Below are positions 39,039 to 48,659 of a stretch of DNA of 64,000 nucleotides, piece after piece. Positions within the stretch are counted from its first letter, which is position 1; every line of letters begins with the position of its first letter. The stretch is taken from contig CBDFLE010000005.1 in assembly GCA_965248925.1 (NCBI GenBank), positions 1,632,001 to 1,696,000 of the forward strand, in the 5' to 3' direction. A program made the position numbers and the translations under genes. This DNA comes from Candidatus Multivoradales bacterium (lineage in GTDB: Bacteria; Acidobacteriota; Thermoanaerobaculia; Multivoradales; J023). Under the pieces are notes generated by a model. That model worked only from the letters and a program-made list of their open reading frames with translations, ran no database searches and was not told where the DNA came from.

Positions 39039-40052
39039 TCAGCGCTCAACGCGCAACCGATATTCACCTTCGCTGCCGACCATGCCTTCGACCCGGACGA
39101 AGTAGCGCCCGGTCGCCAGGTTGGCCTCGAAGGCGAAGTTCTCTCCCTCCCCGCCGCCGTCCGCCGAAGCAAGCCGCCGCCCGCGGGCGTCGTAAAGGGT
39201 GCCGAAGGTGTCGGTAGTCCCAGCGGTCGAGATCCGCACCCTCTGCGCCCGGTTCAGCACCAGGGAGTAGTAGTCCCGATCGTCCTTCCGCGGCGCCTCG
39301 AGCCTGGCCAGGAACGAGCCGCCAAGGCGCAGCGGAATGGCACAGCGCATCAAGTCGTTGGCCGGCTCGGCGGCACAGCCGCAACCGCCCTGGCCGCTCT
39401 TGGGTAGGATCTCGGACTCTTCAGCTTCCGTATCGTCGCCTGACTCTCCATCTTTGAAGAAGGCCAGCTCGACGGAGCCGCAGGCCGCAGGGTCCTTGGG
39501 CAGGATCTCGGACTCTTCAGCTTCCGTGTCGTCGCCTGACTCGCCATCTTTGGGCAGGATCTCGGACTCTTCAGCTTCGGTGTCGTCACCTGACTCTCCG
39601 TCCTTCGGAGGTTCCTGCGAGGCTGGAAAATAACGGGTGACCAGCCGCACCGGCTTCTTCTCACCACGCTCGGAGGTCTGCACCAGCCCCAGTCGCAGGT
39701 GAACCGTGCCGGGCTCACGGACTTCAATCAGGCCACTGTCGAAGCTCCAGTCGGCGATCGAGGCGGCAGCACCGCAAGGGGTCGGCCAAAGCTCCCACCA
39801 GGCACCAAGCTGGTGCGGGTCGGTGTCGTCCACTTCAACGGTGAGCCACCCAGGCTCGGCAACGACGACACCCACCAGGCTGCTTTCGGCTGACTGATCG
39901 GAGAATTCCCAAGTGTGGGGTTGATCGACCTCGAGGGGCTCAAGATCGGGGCAAGGCAGTGGGCTGCGCGAGGCGGATGCAGCCGTGAAGTGGCCCGCCG
40001 CCAGCAGGGCGGCAGAGATAGTGGTAGAAACGAGAAAACGGGAGAGTGACAT
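39039..40052 (-). CDS. Secreted protein with PPC-like domain(s) and three identical KDGESGDDTEAEESEILP peptides
   Basis: GAGGAGG before ATG 40052; signal peptide; C-terminal PPC domain (DDRDYY..DTFGTLYD..ADGGGEGENF..LATGRYFVRVEG). Confidence 0.8.
   Translation of the reverse strand: MSLSRFLVSTTISAALLAAGHFTAASASRSPLPCPDLEPLEVDQPHTWEFSDQSAESSLVGVVVAEPGWLTVEVDDTDPHQLGAWWELWPTPCGAAASIADWSFDSGLIEVREPGTVHLRLGLVQTSERGEKKPVRLVTRYFPASQEPPKDGESGDDTEAEESEILPKDGESGDDTEAEESEILPKDPAACGSVELAFFKDGESGDDTEAEESEILPKSGQGGCGCAAEPANDLMRCAIPLRLGGSFLARLEAPRKDDRDYYSLVLNRAQRVRISTAGTTDTFGTLYDARGRRLASADGGGEGENFAFEANLATGRYFVRVEGMVGSEGEYRLRVER
39400..39605 (-). repeat. Three 54-nt coding repeats (two tandem, one separated by 42 nt)
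   Basis: Units start at 39400, 39496 and 39550 on the + strand. Every difference between copies is synonymous. Confidence 0.95.
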
Positions 40053-40288
40053 GGTTCGTGTCCTCCTCGTGGGCCTTTGGCCCGGTACGAATGGAGACCC
40101 GGATAGCTCCGGGCCAGTTCGGTTTCGAGGAAGGTCACGAGGCGCCTCGTTCGACCTCCATGTAGGGCTAACGTTCAGTCGGCTGTCGGTGGCTGTTTTT
40201 GCTCGAGATCGAGCATCTGAGCTGCCTGCGGGCGGTTCCGAGAGAGCCCGAAACAAGCTTTTCTGCTGCGCTATACTGCGCGCTCACG

Positions 40289-40897
40289 ATGAGCACCGAT
40301 GCAAACGAGATTGCCAGCCTCCTGGAGGCCTGGAGCCGGGGAGAGATGCGGGCCCTGGATCGGCTGGTGCCGCTGGTCTTTGACGATCTGCACACCATGG
40401 CTCGACGTTTTTTCCTGCGTGAATCCAACATCCACACCTTGCAACCGACGGCTCTGGTCAGCGAGGTCTACTGCAAGCTGCGTGGGCAAGAGCGGGTGCA
40501 GTTCGAGACGCCGGCCGAGTTCTTTGGCTTCGCCGCGGAGCTCATGCGCCATTTCCTAGTCGACTACGCGCGCAAGAAGAAGGCGGTCAAACGCGGTGGC
40601 AAGGAGTCTCCGGTGTCACTGGAAGCGGGGCTCGAGAACCTGCTCTCAGCGGGGTCCCCGTCGAGCACCCAGATCATCGACCTCCACCGCGCCCTCGACG
40701 AGCTAGCCAAGATCTGTCCACGCCAGGCGCGGGTGGTCGAGCTGCGCTTTTTTGTCGGCCTGCTGGTCGAAGAAGTCGCCGACGTGCTGGATGTATCGGA
40801 AGCCACTATCAAGCGAGAATGGAGAACCGCCAAGTTGTGGCTCACCAGGCAACTTTCACAACCACCGCCCGCTAGCAGGTTGGACCCGGACGTTTGA
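40289..40897 (+). CDS. ECF sigma factor of the kinase-associated ECF43 / TIGR02999-like type
   Basis: LDRLVPLVFDDLH..HTLQPTALVSEVY..MRHFLVDYAR..KRGG..VELRFFVGL..EVADVL.VSEATIKREWRTAKLWL. Confidence 0.88.
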   Translation: MSTDANEIASLLEAWSRGEMRALDRLVPLVFDDLHTMARRFFLRESNIHTLQPTALVSEVYCKLRGQERVQFETPAEFFGFAAELMRHFLVDYARKKKAVKRGGKESPVSLEAGLENLLSAGSPSSTQIIDLHRALDELAKICPRQARVVELRFFVGLLVEEVADVLDVSEATIKREWRTAKLWLTRQLSQPPPASRLDPDV

Positions 40898-40966
40898 TCT
40901 CCAGATCTGCGAGGGCACGCTAGTTAAAGCGAAGGTCTTTTCCCTTTCCATCTCGTTGGATGCCTG

Positions 40967-43429
40967 ATGACTCGAGACCGGTGGTTCGAAATAAAACCCC
41001 TGTTGGAAGAACTCCTCGACCTGGCGCCTGAGGGCCAGCGGAGCTTTCTTGAAAATCGCTGCGGCGACGATCTTGAGTTGCGGAATGAACTCGAGGACTA
41101 TCTCTCGATCGAGGATCACGAGCTTGAGTTTCTCGAGCAACCACTGATCGACCTGGTTGCCGGTCGGGACCCGCAACAGCGCGTCGGCGAGCGTATCGGC
41201 TCCTTCGAGCTCACTAGCGAGCTCGCCCGCGGTGGCATGGGCGTGGTTTACCGGGCCAAACGGGTTGAAGGCGGCTTCGAGCAGGATGTCGCCGTCAAGA
41301 TCCTCAAGCGGGGCTACGATACCGGCGACTTCATCCGCCGCGCGCGCCAGGAGCGGCGGATCCTGGCACGCCTCGATCACCCCCACATCGCTCGCCTGCT
41401 CGATGGCGGCGCTACCGAAGACGGCCTTCCCTACCTGGTGATGGAGCTGGTCGAAGGCGATGGGCTCGACCTCTACTGCACCGAACATACCCTCGACCTC
41501 GAGCAACGGCTGCAGCTCTTTCTCCAGATCTGCAAAGTAGTCCAGCTGGCGCACAGCAACCTGATCGTGCATTGCGATCTCAAGCCCTCGAACATCCTGG
41601 TGACGGCCGATGGCCAGCCCAAGTTGCTCGACTTCGGCATTGCCAAGGTGCTGCACGAGGATTTCGAGACCCGCACCCTCGCCCTGCGCCTGGGAACCCC
41701 GGGCTATGCCAGCCCCGAGCAGCTCGCCGGCGGAAACCTATCCACCGCCACCGATATCTACGCTCTAGGCGGCCTCTTGCACCTGCTGATCGCCGGCCAG
41801 ACACCTCGCCAACCGAAGGACCAGAACGACCGTCTGACCGGGCCTTTAGAGGCCCTTGATCGACGCATCGCCGAGAGCCCACAACAGAGTCCCGAGCTGG
41901 CTGCCTGGCGCGCTTCGCTGCGCACCGCCGCCGGTGACCTGGATGCGATCGTGCGCAAGGCGATGTCGTGGAGTCCCGGCTCACGTTACGGATCCGCCAG
42001 TGAGCTGGCCGATGATCTCCGAAGACACCTCGAACGGCGTCCGATCTCTGCCAAACCTTACAGCTGGTGGGAAGATCTCAAGCTGACCGCGCGCCGTCGC
42101 CGGCGAGAGCTGTGGATCGCTGCGGTGATTCTCGGGCTCCTCGGAAGCGCTGGAATGGTCGGTTTGCGGCTCTGGCTCGGAGCCCGCCTCAACGCCACCC
42201 GGGCCGAAGAATCGATCAGCGCTTACCTCGAGATCCTCGAGCTGGTCGATCCGGCGAGCGACGAGCCCAAGGCCGAAGCGATTCGCACCGCCTTGGCCAA
42301 GATCGAACGGGTCAAGACCCTAAGTGACCCGCTCGCCAGGGCGCTGCTCTCCGATCGCCTGGGCCGCTGGCTGTTGCACAACGAGTATTACGAGGATGCC
42401 CACCCCTTGCTCGAAGAGGCCCTGGAGCTGCGCCGGCGGCATCGACCTGGGGAGTGGGCACCGATCGCCGCCAGCTTCAACAACCTGGCACTCTGCGAGA
42501 AGAGAATGGGCAATCTGGAGCGCGCGGTGAAGTACTTCGCTCACAGTCGGGAACTCTACGATCAGCATCAGCACCAGGAGTCGTTCGATCGCGGCAACTA
42601 CCTCAATGTGCTGAACAACCTCGCCCGCGCCAGAGAAACGCTCGGCCAGCTCGCACAAGCAGAGACACTCGACCGGCAAGTTCTCCGTGGAATGATCGAA
42701 CACCACGGTGAAGACAGTCGCCAAGCAACGAAATCGCGCGCCAACCTGGGTCAGCTGCTGGTTCGTATGGGTCACTTAGTCGCAGCGGAGCCGCTGCTAC
42801 AGCGGGTGCTCGAACTCCGACTGCGAGATCTAGGAGCAGGCGCAGAGAAGACCGTGACGGCAAGGTCGCACCTGGCTACGCTGTGGCTCAACCGCGGCGA
42901 AACCGGCCCTTCCCTCGAGGCCTATCGTTCGATTCTCAGCCAGCGATCGAAAACCTACCCTGCGATCCATCCGAAAGTCGCCACCAGTCAAGCTGCCCTG
43001 GCCCGGGCCCTGCTCGAGCGGGGCCGACCGGCGGACCTCGAAGAAGCCGAGCAGCTCTGTCGCGAAGCGCTCACAACTTATCGGTTGCGGAACTTATCGA
43101 ACACCGAGAATGGCCTGTGGACCCAACGCCATCTGGCGGCGGTACGCCTGGCTAGGGGTGACGCTCGCGAAGCCGAAGAGATCGTGCGCTCGGTTCTCGA
43201 AGACGAAACCTGGACCGCGCGAGGCAGCTGGCGTGGTGCCGAGCTGCGGAGTCTCCTGGGCGCCTGCTTATTGGCTCGGGGTGCCTACCAGGAAGCGCGT
43301 CCCCTGCTGCAGGAGAGCTGGAACTTGATCACCGAGATCAAGGGTGAGACCTCCCTCGACAGCCGCACCGCTCTCAGTCGCTGGCAGCTCTGGCAAGCAG
43401 CCGCGGCTGGCCGTTCGGGCGGCTCGTAG
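40967..43429 (+). CDS. Hanks-type Ser/Thr kinase - TM - extracytoplasmic TPR sensor
   Basis: ARGGMGVVY, VAVK, HCDLKPSNI, DFG, GTPGYASPEQ and DIYALG; TM LWIAAVILGLLGSAGMVGL; TPRs (AASFNNLA, LNVLNNLA). Confidence 0.92.
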   Translation: MTRDRWFEIKPLLEELLDLAPEGQRSFLENRCGDDLELRNELEDYLSIEDHELEFLEQPLIDLVAGRDPQQRVGERIGSFELTSELARGGMGVVYRAKRVEGGFEQDVAVKILKRGYDTGDFIRRARQERRILARLDHPHIARLLDGGATEDGLPYLVMELVEGDGLDLYCTEHTLDLEQRLQLFLQICKVVQLAHSNLIVHCDLKPSNILVTADGQPKLLDFGIAKVLHEDFETRTLALRLGTPGYASPEQLAGGNLSTATDIYALGGLLHLLIAGQTPRQPKDQNDRLTGPLEALDRRIAESPQQSPELAAWRASLRTAAGDLDAIVRKAMSWSPGSRYGSASELADDLRRHLERRPISAKPYSWWEDLKLTARRRRRELWIAAVILGLLGSAGMVGLRLWLGARLNATRAEESISAYLEILELVDPASDEPKAEAIRTALAKIERVKTLSDPLARALLSDRLGRWLLHNEYYEDAHPLLEEALELRRRHRPGEWAPIAASFNNLALCEKRMGNLERAVKYFAHSRELYDQHQHQESFDRGNYLNVLNNLARARETLGQLAQAETLDRQVLRGMIEHHGEDSRQATKSRANLGQLLVRMGHLVAAEPLLQRVLELRLRDLGAGAEKTVTARSHLATLWLNRGETGPSLEAYRSILSQRSKTYPAIHPKVATSQAALARALLERGRPADLEEAEQLCREALTTYRLRNLSNTENGLWTQRHLAAVRLARGDAREAEEIVRSVLEDETWTARGSWRGAELRSLLGACLLARGAYQEARPLLQESWNLITEIKGETSLDSRTALSRWQLWQAAAAGRSGGS

Positions 43430-43784
43430 CCCTCCTTGGTGCTTCCTTGACCCCTGCCCGGCCGGAACTGCGCTGAGCATAGGGAAGCGCCTCACAAAAA
43501 GGAGATCGAAAGGGATGGCGCTTCAAGGGCGACGTCCTTCCGGGCTCTGTGTAGGTCCTTTCTGAAGGGGGGCGGAGGGGCGCGCCCAATCCTTGGCACC
43601 GGGATTGTGTGCCGGTGCTCGTGCCTGCCAAGGCTTCCCTTCGACACCTCTCTCCTCGCGGACCCATCGCTCGATGGCCTTGACAGCCCCTGCGCGCCGA
43701 CAGGGCAGGGATATGCCGAGGGGATGGCCGAAAAAGGCTGGGGCTGAAGTCAGACTCCGTGGCTGCCGGCGGTACCAACCTGTT

Positions 43785-43814
43785 ACGCCTCGTTGACGCC
43801 TCGTTGACGCCTCG
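43785..43814. repeat. 11-bp tandem repeat (ACGCCTCGTTG, about 2.7 copies)
   Basis: acgcctcgttg acgcctcgttg acgcctcg read directly in an intergenic region. Confidence 0.8.
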
Positions 43815-44039
43815 CCGGCAGAAGGTGCCAGAGCACAGACTCCGATCGACCCACGCCAAACCCAGATGGACCGCGGCCGTTCAAGCTACCCCAAGCGCCG
43901 AGCACCCGCTTCTGTTGCATCTGTGAGACTGGCCAGTGAACTTCCATAGACTCGATCCCTCAGCGCTAAGACGACCCGTTCGACGCCATCTGCAGAAGCT
44001 ACGAGACCCGCCGCAAGAACGACTGCTTTACACCAAACA

Positions 44040-44270
44040 CTAGCGGCTCTGCTGAGCCGCCAACAATGCCGTCGTGACACACCGCCTGATACGCCCGTAG
44101 TGGTAACCCCTGCGGGCATCGCTGCGGTCGTAGCAAGAGCAACCCAGGGCCTCCTCAAGCTCTTCTTCAAGTACTACGTGAAGTGCTTCGCGGATCCAAG
44201 ATTGAAGCAAGGAGTTCAGATCGCGACGAAACGCGAGGACCGGGTCGCCGCTCGTAGTAGCTTCCTGCAT
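44040..44270 (-). pseudogene. IS256-family transposase N-terminal remnant
   Basis: IREALHVVLEEELEEALGCSCYDRSDARRGYHYG..R..TT resembles the IS256 start (LExEL...LG...YER...R.GYRNG). It stops after ~76 codons. Confidence 0.7.
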
Positions 44271-44623
44271 GGCGTAGCCTCCTTTCGCCGTCGTGGCGAA
44301 GTCTCTCTCTGAGCCGAAGTTACGCCCTTTCTGCATTTTCTACAGGACTCGGGACAGGTCCTCATTTGGAAGATAGTCACCGAAGTTCTCAAATGAATGA
44401 CCACGACAATGACCCGTATTAACGGCTGTTTCCGCTTCAATATCTGTATGGCCCTTCACCAGCGAGTAGCGATGTGAACAAACTGGGGGATGAGTGACCA
44501 GACTGCGTGACAGGCCGTTGAGGTGCCAAGGTGTCGACCATGAAGACAGCTCTGGTCTGTGATCTCTACTGCTCCCGGATGGCCAATATCGAGAGCTGGC
44601 CATTCGTCTTTGGAGCGCAGGGT

Positions 44624-45865
44624 ATGAGCGACGCCCGGCCAGAGGTTCTTCCACCGACTTCGATTCTGCTGATGGTCAGCATCGGCCTCATGGTTCTCGC
44701 GCTCGTGCTGTGGAGCCTGAGGGCCCGCTGGTTCTCGATTCTCCTGCGTGACCGCTTGGCGATGAACGTCTGCATGGCATTCGCCGGAAGCATCTTCATC
44801 ATTACTTTACTGACCCACTATTTCGAAACTGCCGAGAACCAGAACTTCACCAATTTCTACGAGTCCTTTTGGTCGATCACAGTCTTTATCTTCAGCGGGC
44901 TCGAAGATCGAGGCCCACAAACGCCAGGCGGACGGTTCAGCGCCACCCTCGGGTTGTTGCTCGGCCCCCTCTTCTTCGCCTTCATTACCGGCTGGCTGGC
45001 CAAAATACTGATCTTTTCGGAGAAACGCATGCCGCAGCATCTGCGAGACCACTACTTGATCCTCAACTGGAACTCCCGGGCCATTGACATCGCTCGCCAG
45101 TTGCACCATCCGTTGATCAAGGCGCGCGAAGGCAATGTGGTAATTGTGGTGCTTACAGATGACGAGAGTCTGAGCGTGAAACAGCTCAAGGAGGCTGGCA
45201 CCGGCTCTGATAAAGTCTTTGAAGATTTTTACCTCTGCGTCGGCGATCCAACCAAGGAGCACGCACTGCGCAATGCCAATGCCCACGATGCTAGAACGGT
45301 GCTAATCCTCGCCGATGAGCGCGCCGACTCTCATGCTGATGAGAACACAATCCGCTCCGTGGTCATGCTGCGCCGCCTCGCACGCCAGCAAAGGCTCGAC
45401 TCGATGCATGTGGTGGCGGAGCTGATCAATCCGGACAATGTAGAGGTACTCAACGAGGTGGGAAAGAACTTTCCGGGTCTTCTGGAACAAATCTCCGGTC
45501 TGCAAATTCGTACCTGCCTGATGGCCCAGGCGGCGCTCAATCCGGGAGCCATCGACTTCTATTCCGACTTGCTGCAGGTGACCAGTGACACCAACGAGGT
45601 CTACGTGCGACCGATTCCGGAATCGGTGGTTGGCACCAGCTTTCGCGACTTCGGCGCACTGATTTTGAGTGTTAGCACCAGTCAGCCGATGATCGCCGTC
45701 GGTGTCCAGCGAAGAACCAGCGGCAGAGCCAGAATTTTCTGCAACCCCCGCGACGGTGAGCCCGGAGCTGTACTGGGTCCGAACGACCAGATGGTGCTGC
45801 TCGCCTACGAACCGCCGCCGCAGGATGTTCTGCTGCAGCTTGCCAGTGGCGCCGACCATGGCTGA
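44624..45865 (+). CDS. Two-TM/pore-loop ion channel with RCK (TrkA-N-like) domains and a non-canonical filter
   Basis: TM-pore-TM (FYESFWSITVFIFSGLEDRGPQTPGGRF) and RCK motifs HYLILNWN, GDPTKEHALRNANA..A..VLILAD and HVVAEL. GGAG precedes ATG 44624 (track start 44531). Confidence 0.8.
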   Translation: MSDARPEVLPPTSILLMVSIGLMVLALVLWSLRARWFSILLRDRLAMNVCMAFAGSIFIITLLTHYFETAENQNFTNFYESFWSITVFIFSGLEDRGPQTPGGRFSATLGLLLGPLFFAFITGWLAKILIFSEKRMPQHLRDHYLILNWNSRAIDIARQLHHPLIKAREGNVVIVVLTDDESLSVKQLKEAGTGSDKVFEDFYLCVGDPTKEHALRNANAHDARTVLILADERADSHADENTIRSVVMLRRLARQQRLDSMHVVAELINPDNVEVLNEVGKNFPGLLEQISGLQIRTCLMAQAALNPGAIDFYSDLLQVTSDTNEVYVRPIPESVVGTSFRDFGALILSVSTSQPMIAVGVQRRTSGRARIFCNPRDGEPGAVLGPNDQMVLLAYEPPPQDVLLQLASGADHG

Positions 45866-48614
45866 AGCGCTCGGCAGGCGCCGGCGTCGAATTGCCGAGC
45901 TGGCTTGGCTGGTCTTGCTGACTACGGTCCTCGGCTCCCTCCCCCTGCAAGCCCAGGGTCCAGGATTGCTGCAACCCCGCGAGGCCCAATTCGTATTCGT
46001 AGTCGACGATTCCGGGAGCATGTCCTTAGCAAAGTACGGACGAAATGATCCTGATCGACTGGCAGTATTCGCGGTGCGGGCATTGCTAGGGGTGCTCGAC
46101 GATAGGGACTGGGCAAGTATTGTCCGCCTCAATGGCCCCCGGGAGAACGAGCAATCTCCACCCCTGGCTCCCCTGGACCCGAATCACCGGCAGCGCTTGA
46201 AGAAGGTTCTCGACCTGGGCGGCAGCTTGGCGGCTTATCGCGGCCAGGTAACTCCGTGCCGGAGCGCGTTGGAGGATGCCAGGGAGCTTCTCGATGGGGC
46301 AGATCGAGCCAACACCTCGCAGGTTCTCATCTTCCTCAGCGATGGCCGGTGCACGCCGGGTGACGAAGAGCAAGTCGGCGGATTCCTCGATGGTCTGCGA
46401 TCCAATGAGGCTAGCGGCGGGCGATTTCAGTTCTATTTGTTGCGCTTTCAGGGAACGCAGCCAGCCCCCGAGCTGGAGCGCTTGGCGAAACTCACCGGCG
46501 GCGCCACTATCGAACTTAGAAGAGGCGACCCAACGAGGATTCTGCACGCCTTCGCACAAGCTCTGTCGCGCTCACAGGGCTACGAATCACAGATTCTCAA
46601 TGCCAGCAACTCCCTACTTCCGGCCCATCGTGGCGCACGTCGAGTAAGGCTGCTTGCGGTAGTCCCCGGAGAGGCCACTGAAGCGCTGGAAATTCGCCTC
46701 GCCGACCTCCAGGGCAATCCTATTAGAGTAACCACTATCGATCAGGCGCCGCATCATTACCTACCCGGAGGCCGAGAGTATCGCTTCGTGTCAGCTGAGT
46801 ACCGCCCCACCGGCGAGCCAGCTCGAGTTCAGGTCTTCGGCGCCGGTGACGCTTGGGACCTGGTCGCTCTGCCAGAGTATCGACTGAGAACAACCTTGGA
46901 TCTGCATCGGGGCCGCTGCGGTGCTAGCGGCCGACTTCTCGAGAGCAACACTCTGACCGCCGGGACCGATCTCTGTGCCGTCATCCGGCTGGTCAATTCT
47001 CGCAACCAAGCGGTGGGGCAAGATGTCACCCAAGGGAAACTCCGCGGAGTTCTCGAGATCTCTTCACCCCAACAGGGACCGCCCGTCGAGGTGAGCGCCA
47101 CCCCTTCCGATACCCGCGAGACTCGATTCGAACTCGACCTGCAAGCGCTAACAGAGGGCTACCACGCCCTCAGGGCAGCGGTGTACTTGTCTCCATCGGA
47201 CGGCGGCGAGCCCCGCACCCTACCGGCTCGCCCGCGCACTTTGCAGGCAGTCGACAGGGCGATCGAGGCGACACCAGGCGCGGTCGCGTTTGGCCAGGTA
47301 TTTCCAGGGCATGAGAGCACCGTGATGATGTCGCTAGCGGGTCGTTTTTCTGAGTCAGAAGCTCAGCTTGAGGTTCGCCGAGCCGACAAGGTCCCGACCT
47401 GCATCAACTTGAGCTTCGCCGGCCAACCGCTTGGCGTGCCTATACGGGTGCTCCCCAACCAGAAGTATCCGCTGGTCCTGCGGGTAGCCGAGAGCTGCGC
47501 TGAGGAGGAAGTCGCACCGTTCAGCTCGCAGTTGGTGGTGCGGATTCCCGAGTTACCGGCAGGTGGAGAGCTGACGGTGCCACTCACCTGGCGTCTCGAC
47601 AGCACGGTCCACCTCGGCAATGTCTTGAATCTAAGACTCAATGCCGGCGAGCTGAAGCAGGGTGAAGTGCCAGCACCGGTCGGGCTGGAAAGAGGCGACT
47701 ATCGGGCCCGCCTCGAGATAGTCCAGCCGCCGGGTGGCAAGCGATCTCAGAGCTTGCTCCTCGGTTTCCGTGGCGGGCGCCGAGAAGCGTCTACGCTGCT
47801 CGGAGAAGACGGAAAACCGCGCCTGAAAATGCCCGCCCCCTTTGGACCAGAAGACCCTATTCGACTACTGGCCCAAGCACGTCCGTGCTGCGGCGGCGGG
47901 CTCTACCACAGTCGCCTGCGGTTGACGCCGGTGGACGGTGGCCAAGCCCACGCGGTACCGATCGAAATCCTGGTCTCTGACGATTGGTGGGCCTGCTACC
48001 GCTCCTGGGTGTTGGCCGGCCTGCTCGGGTTGGTCGTGGCACTCGTTGTCTACTATGTTCTGAGCATGTTCACTCACAGTAGCTTCCTCAAACGCGAACA
48101 ACTGATGACCTCCCTACTGCCGCTGCGCTGGCCAGAGTATGGCGGCAAGCCACAGCCAGCGGCGCGCCGCCGGGGAGACAGGGAAGTGGTCGAGGACATG
48201 ATTCTGATGGATTTTCGTTGGCATCATCGAGCGCTCAACTGGCTTCAAGCCAATCCGCTGGCCTTCGGCCTACCCGGCAAGCGCTACCGCGAGACCCTCG
48301 AACTACAACTGAGCCAGCAGCTAGACGGCTCCACGGTCGAGCTAGTGCCCGAACGCGACGTGGTTGGGAGATTGACAAAAGTCAAGAACATCGAGAAGTG
48401 GGAGCAAGGCAGACTATTCCTTCTCACCGAAGGCGGGGTCGCCTTCTATGCCGTGCGCGGCGAGGAGGGCACCCTCGGCGTTCTCAAGCCCGAAGGTTGG
48501 AGCGGCAGAGGGGACCTCAAGATCGAGCGGATGAAAAAAGGACATCGGTTGATTCACAGAGACGCAAATCAGGAACACCAGGCCAGAGGGGTCGCCGGAT
48601 GGGTGCTCGGCTAG
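45858..48614 (+). CDS. Membrane-anchored vWA-domain protein with beta-rich stalk, TM and cytoplasmic tail
   Basis: Signal peptide (..LGSLPLQA); MIDAS motif VVDDSGSM..T..LSDG; TM WVLAGLLGLVVALVVYYVL. ATG 45858 overlaps the end of the channel gene. Confidence 0.85.
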   Translation: MAEALGRRRRRIAELAWLVLLTTVLGSLPLQAQGPGLLQPREAQFVFVVDDSGSMSLAKYGRNDPDRLAVFAVRALLGVLDDRDWASIVRLNGPRENEQSPPLAPLDPNHRQRLKKVLDLGGSLAAYRGQVTPCRSALEDARELLDGADRANTSQVLIFLSDGRCTPGDEEQVGGFLDGLRSNEASGGRFQFYLLRFQGTQPAPELERLAKLTGGATIELRRGDPTRILHAFAQALSRSQGYESQILNASNSLLPAHRGARRVRLLAVVPGEATEALEIRLADLQGNPIRVTTIDQAPHHYLPGGREYRFVSAEYRPTGEPARVQVFGAGDAWDLVALPEYRLRTTLDLHRGRCGASGRLLESNTLTAGTDLCAVIRLVNSRNQAVGQDVTQGKLRGVLEISSPQQGPPVEVSATPSDTRETRFELDLQALTEGYHALRAAVYLSPSDGGEPRTLPARPRTLQAVDRAIEATPGAVAFGQVFPGHESTVMMSLAGRFSESEAQLEVRRADKVPTCINLSFAGQPLGVPIRVLPNQKYPLVLRVAESCAEEEVAPFSSQLVVRIPELPAGGELTVPLTWRLDSTVHLGNVLNLRLNAGELKQGEVPAPVGLERGDYRARLEIVQPPGGKRSQSLLLGFRGGRREASTLLGEDGKPRLKMPAPFGPEDPIRLLAQARPCCGGGLYHSRLRLTPVDGGQAHAVPIEILVSDDWWACYRSWVLAGLLGLVVALVVYYVLSMFTHSSFLKREQLMTSLLPLRWPEYGGKPQPAARRRGDREVVEDMILMDFRWHHRALNWLQANPLAFGLPGKRYRETLELQLSQQLDGSTVELVPERDVVGRLTKVKNIEKWEQGRLFLLTEGGVAFYAVRGEEGTLGVLKPEGWSGRGDLKIERMKKGHRLIHRDANQEHQARGVAGWVLG

Positions 48615-48659
48615 GCATCCCATGAACAAGCCTATTTCACGAAATAGAGAGGTTGTGCT

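Noticed and set aside
39400-39605. 54-nt repeats as a mini CRISPR array
   Set aside because: Two copies are directly tandem, all variation is synonymous within an ORF, and no cas genes are present.
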